Notes under the pieces: model-generated
Told to the model about the DNA's origin: nothing
The model's database searches: none
Seen by the model: the letters and a program-made list of their open reading frames with translations, nothing else
Translations under genes and position numbers: made by a program
In this document: in pieces, positions 61,867 through 64,000 of the stretch
How positions within the stretch are numbered: position 1 is the first letter of the stretch
Layout: each line of letters starts with the position of its first letter
Origin: an uncultured Gemmatimonadales bacterium
Lineage (GTDB): Bacteria; Gemmatimonadota; Gemmatimonadetes; Longimicrobiales; RSA9
DNA length: 64,000 bases
NCBI GenBank assembly: GCA_963783305.1
Contig: CAWAMW010000016.1
Span: 352,001 to 416,000 of the forward strand
Reading direction: 5' to 3'

Positions 61867-62616
61867 ATGGCAGGGCATTCCAAGTGGAAGAAGATCAAGC
61901 GGAAGAAGGCGGCGAACGACGCCAAGCGCGGCCAGGCGTTCACGAAGCTGATCCGTGAGATTACGGTGGCGGCGCGGGAGGGCGGGGGCGAGGCCGAGTT
62001 CAACCCGCGTCTGCGGCTCGCCATTGATACGGCGAAAGCGGCGAGCATGCCGCAGGAGAATATCGACCGTGCCGTCCTGAAGGGCACGGGCGATCTCGAG
62101 GGCGTCAACTACGAAGAGATGACGTACGAGGGCTACGGCCCAGGCGGTGTGGCGCTGTACGTGGAGGCGCTCACGGACAACCTGAACCGCACGGTGGCGG
62201 ACCTCCGTCACGCGCTGGAGAAGCACGGCGGGAACCTGGGCCAGAGCGGGTCGGTGGCCTGGCAGTTCGAGCGGAAGGGCCGGATCTACGTGGACGCGGG
62301 TCGCTATGACGAGGACGCGGCCATGATGGCGGCGCTGGAGGCCGGTGCAGAGGATTTCGCGCGGCAGGGGGACGAGTACGAGATCTCGACGGAAGTTGCG
62401 ACCTTCCATTCGGTGCAGGACGGGCTGAAGGAGCAGGGGATCGAGTTCGCCGATGCGGAGCTGTCGATGATCCCGACGGCTACAGTGCCGGTGGAAGGGC
62501 AGGAGGCGCTGCAGCTGTTGCGACTGCTGGACGCGCTGGACGACCTGGATGACGTGCAGCACGTTCACACGAACGCGGATATCGACGAGCGGGCGCTGAG
62601 CGAGGTGGCGGGTTGA
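61867..62616 (+). CDS. yebC: YebC/PmpR family protein
   Basis: MAGHSKWKKIKRKK, NPRLR, YEGYGPGG, TDNLNRT, DDVQHVHTN. Confidence 0.97.
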   Translation: MAGHSKWKKIKRKKAANDAKRGQAFTKLIREITVAAREGGGEAEFNPRLRLAIDTAKAASMPQENIDRAVLKGTGDLEGVNYEEMTYEGYGPGGVALYVEALTDNLNRTVADLRHALEKHGGNLGQSGSVAWQFERKGRIYVDAGRYDEDAAMMAALEAGAEDFARQGDEYEISTEVATFHSVQDGLKEQGIEFADAELSMIPTATVPVEGQEALQLLRLLDALDDLDDVQHVHTNADIDERALSEVAG

Positions 62617-63110
62617 AGGTTCTCGGCGTCGATCCTGGCACGGCAGCGACCGGCTATGGGGTCGTCGTCCGTGAGGGCGTGGGCGCCGCGTCGCTGGTGG
62701 AGTGCGGTGTCATCCGGACGCAGGCCGGGTCGCCGCTGGCCGATCGGCTGCGCGACATCCACGAGGGCCTGGGCGAGGTCCTCTCCCGCCACGCGCCGGA
62801 CGTGGTGGCGGTGGAAGGTGTGTTCTTCGGCAAGAACGTTCGGACCACCGTGCTGCTCGGGCACGCCCGCGGGGTAATCCTGCTCGCCGCGGCCCAGCAG
62901 GGGCTGGAGGTGGCGGAGTACGCGCCCGCGGAGATCAAGAATGCGGTGGTGGGCACGGGTCGGGCGAGCAAGGAGCAGGTGCAGTTCATGGTGAAGAAGC
63001 TGCTGCGGTTGAAGGAGGTGCCCAGCCCGGCGGATGCGGCCGATGGCGTGGCCGTGGCGCTCTGCCACATGAACACATTACGGCTCAGCCGTGCGGTGGC
63101 AGGGTCGTGA
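62613..63110 (+). CDS. ruvC: Holliday junction resolvase RuvC
   Basis: VLGVDPG...GYG, AVE.VFF, ARGV, GTGRASKEQV, DAADGVAVALCH. Confidence 0.97.
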   Translation: MKVLGVDPGTAATGYGVVVREGVGAASLVECGVIRTQAGSPLADRLRDIHEGLGEVLSRHAPDVVAVEGVFFGKNVRTTVLLGHARGVILLAAAQQGLEVAEYAPAEIKNAVVGTGRASKEQVQFMVKKLLRLKEVPSPADAADGVAVALCHMNTLRLSRAVAGS

Positions 63111-63697
63111 TCAGCCGGATCCGGGGCACGCTGTTGACGCGGGAGCCCGACCGGGTGGAGGTCCTCACCAGCGGCGGTGTCGGCTATGAGCTGGAGATCC
63201 CTCTCTCCGTATTCGAGAAGCTGCCGCGGGCGGGTCAGGAGGTGGAGCTGCTGACCCACCAGGTAGTGCGGGAGGACGACCTCTTGCTATTCGGCTTCCT
63301 TCAGCCATCCGAACGACAGCTCTTCGGTCGACTGCTGGGCGCGTCGGGAGTGGGTCCGCGGCTGGCGCTCGCCATGATGTCGACACTCACTCCCACCGCA
63401 CTCGTGCGCGCCATCACCGACCGGGAGGTGGCGACCCTCGTGCAGGTGCCCGGCGTGGGCAAGAAGACCGCGGAGCGCATTGCGCTGGAGCTCGGCGACA
63501 AGCTCGACGACCTCGCCCTGCCCGCCGGCCCATCGGTGAAGGGGGCCGCCGCCCAGGAGGCGGTCGGCGCCCTGGTCGCGCTCGGCTACGCCAGCGCGGA
63601 TGCCAGCGCCGCCGTTCGCGCGAGCATTGAGGATGATGGCCCTGAGAACGACGCCAAGACGCTCATCCGGAAGGCGCTGGCCCGGGCGGGCAAGTAG
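63107..63697 (+). CDS. ruvA: Holliday junction branch migration protein RuvA
   Basis: ISRIRGTL, GGVGYE, VVREDD..LFGF, SGVGPRLA, VPGVGKKTAERI, LVALGY. Confidence 0.96.
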   Translation: MISRIRGTLLTREPDRVEVLTSGGVGYELEIPLSVFEKLPRAGQEVELLTHQVVREDDLLLFGFLQPSERQLFGRLLGASGVGPRLALAMMSTLTPTALVRAITDREVATLVQVPGVGKKTAERIALELGDKLDDLALPAGPSVKGAAAQEAVGALVALGYASADASAAVRASIEDDGPENDAKTLIRKALARAGK

Positions 63698-63792
63698 CGA
63701 ACCAACGACACCACGACCGGGGGGCGCGACGAAACCCCGCCGGCCGCACTGGCGTATCGGAGCTGGACAGGACTACCCGAACGAATCGAAGC

Positions 63793-64000
63793 GTGGCGAA
63801 GAAGCATAACAAGCCTGCACGAGGCGCCGGCGCGGCGCATGGCCGCTCGGAAACCGCCTCCGCCGCTCCGGCGGCTCCCGAGGGGGCACCGCCGCCCCGG
63901 ACCTCCGCACAGGTGGCGGCGGACTGGGTGAAATCCATCGGCGGCGCGCTCATTCTCTTTCTGATCCTGCGCACGTTCATCCTCCAGACCTTCGTGATCA
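63793..64000 (+). CDS. lepB: Signal peptidase I, N-terminal part (runs off the right edge)
   Basis: Manual translation: VAKKHNK...DWVKSIGGALILFLILRTFILQTFVI, typical of the TM segment just before the catalytic Ser. The catalytic residues lie outside the window. Confidence 0.75.
   Translation, partial: MAKKHNKPARGAGAAHGRSETASAAPAAPEGAPPPRTSAQVAADWVKSIGGALILFLILRTFILQTFVI

Noticed and set aside
60986..61958. Repetitive ORFs across the minisatellites (including the 449-aa extension of yebC)
   Set aside because: They are open in many frames only because the repeat lacks stop codons; YebC starts at the canonical MAGHSKW (61867).

Overview
High-GC bacterial chromosome segment; the gene content and style suggest Gemmatimonadota, but this is inference only. 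Housekeeping genes include sucA (partial), mutS, cystathionine beta-synthase, ddl, an EF-G paralog, csp, a DEAD-box helicase, rpsU, yebC-ruvC-ruvA and lepB (partial). They are mixed with signalling genes (three histidine kinases, a REC-HD-GYP protein, a membrane Ser/Thr kinase, an ECF sigma/anti-sigma pair), secreted metallopeptidases and a DUF433/DUF5615 toxin-antitoxin pair. There are three main highlights. (1) The mutasome is split: imuA-imuB (29.2-31.4 kb) and dnaE2 plus a radical SAM gene (45.7-50.3 kb) are each preceded by the same 17-bp direct-repeat motif CTTCGGnTTnTnTTCGG overlapping a TTG...17...CATCCT promoter, a candidate SOS/LexA operator. (2) Between the two halves lies an opposite-strand 3-gene envelope operon ending in a ~10.7-kb gene with 17 near-identical ~546-bp double-FN3 units; its frameshifts look like consensus artefacts. 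(3) Two inverted 11-unit minisatellite arrays sit between the rpsU and yebC promoters. Each unit folds into a hairpin with a G(N)NA loop and tandem G.A pairs, with compensatory stem-length changes, and related motifs occur at 26.6-26.8 kb and 29.1 kb. No rRNA, tRNA, CRISPR array, integrase or transposase was recognised.
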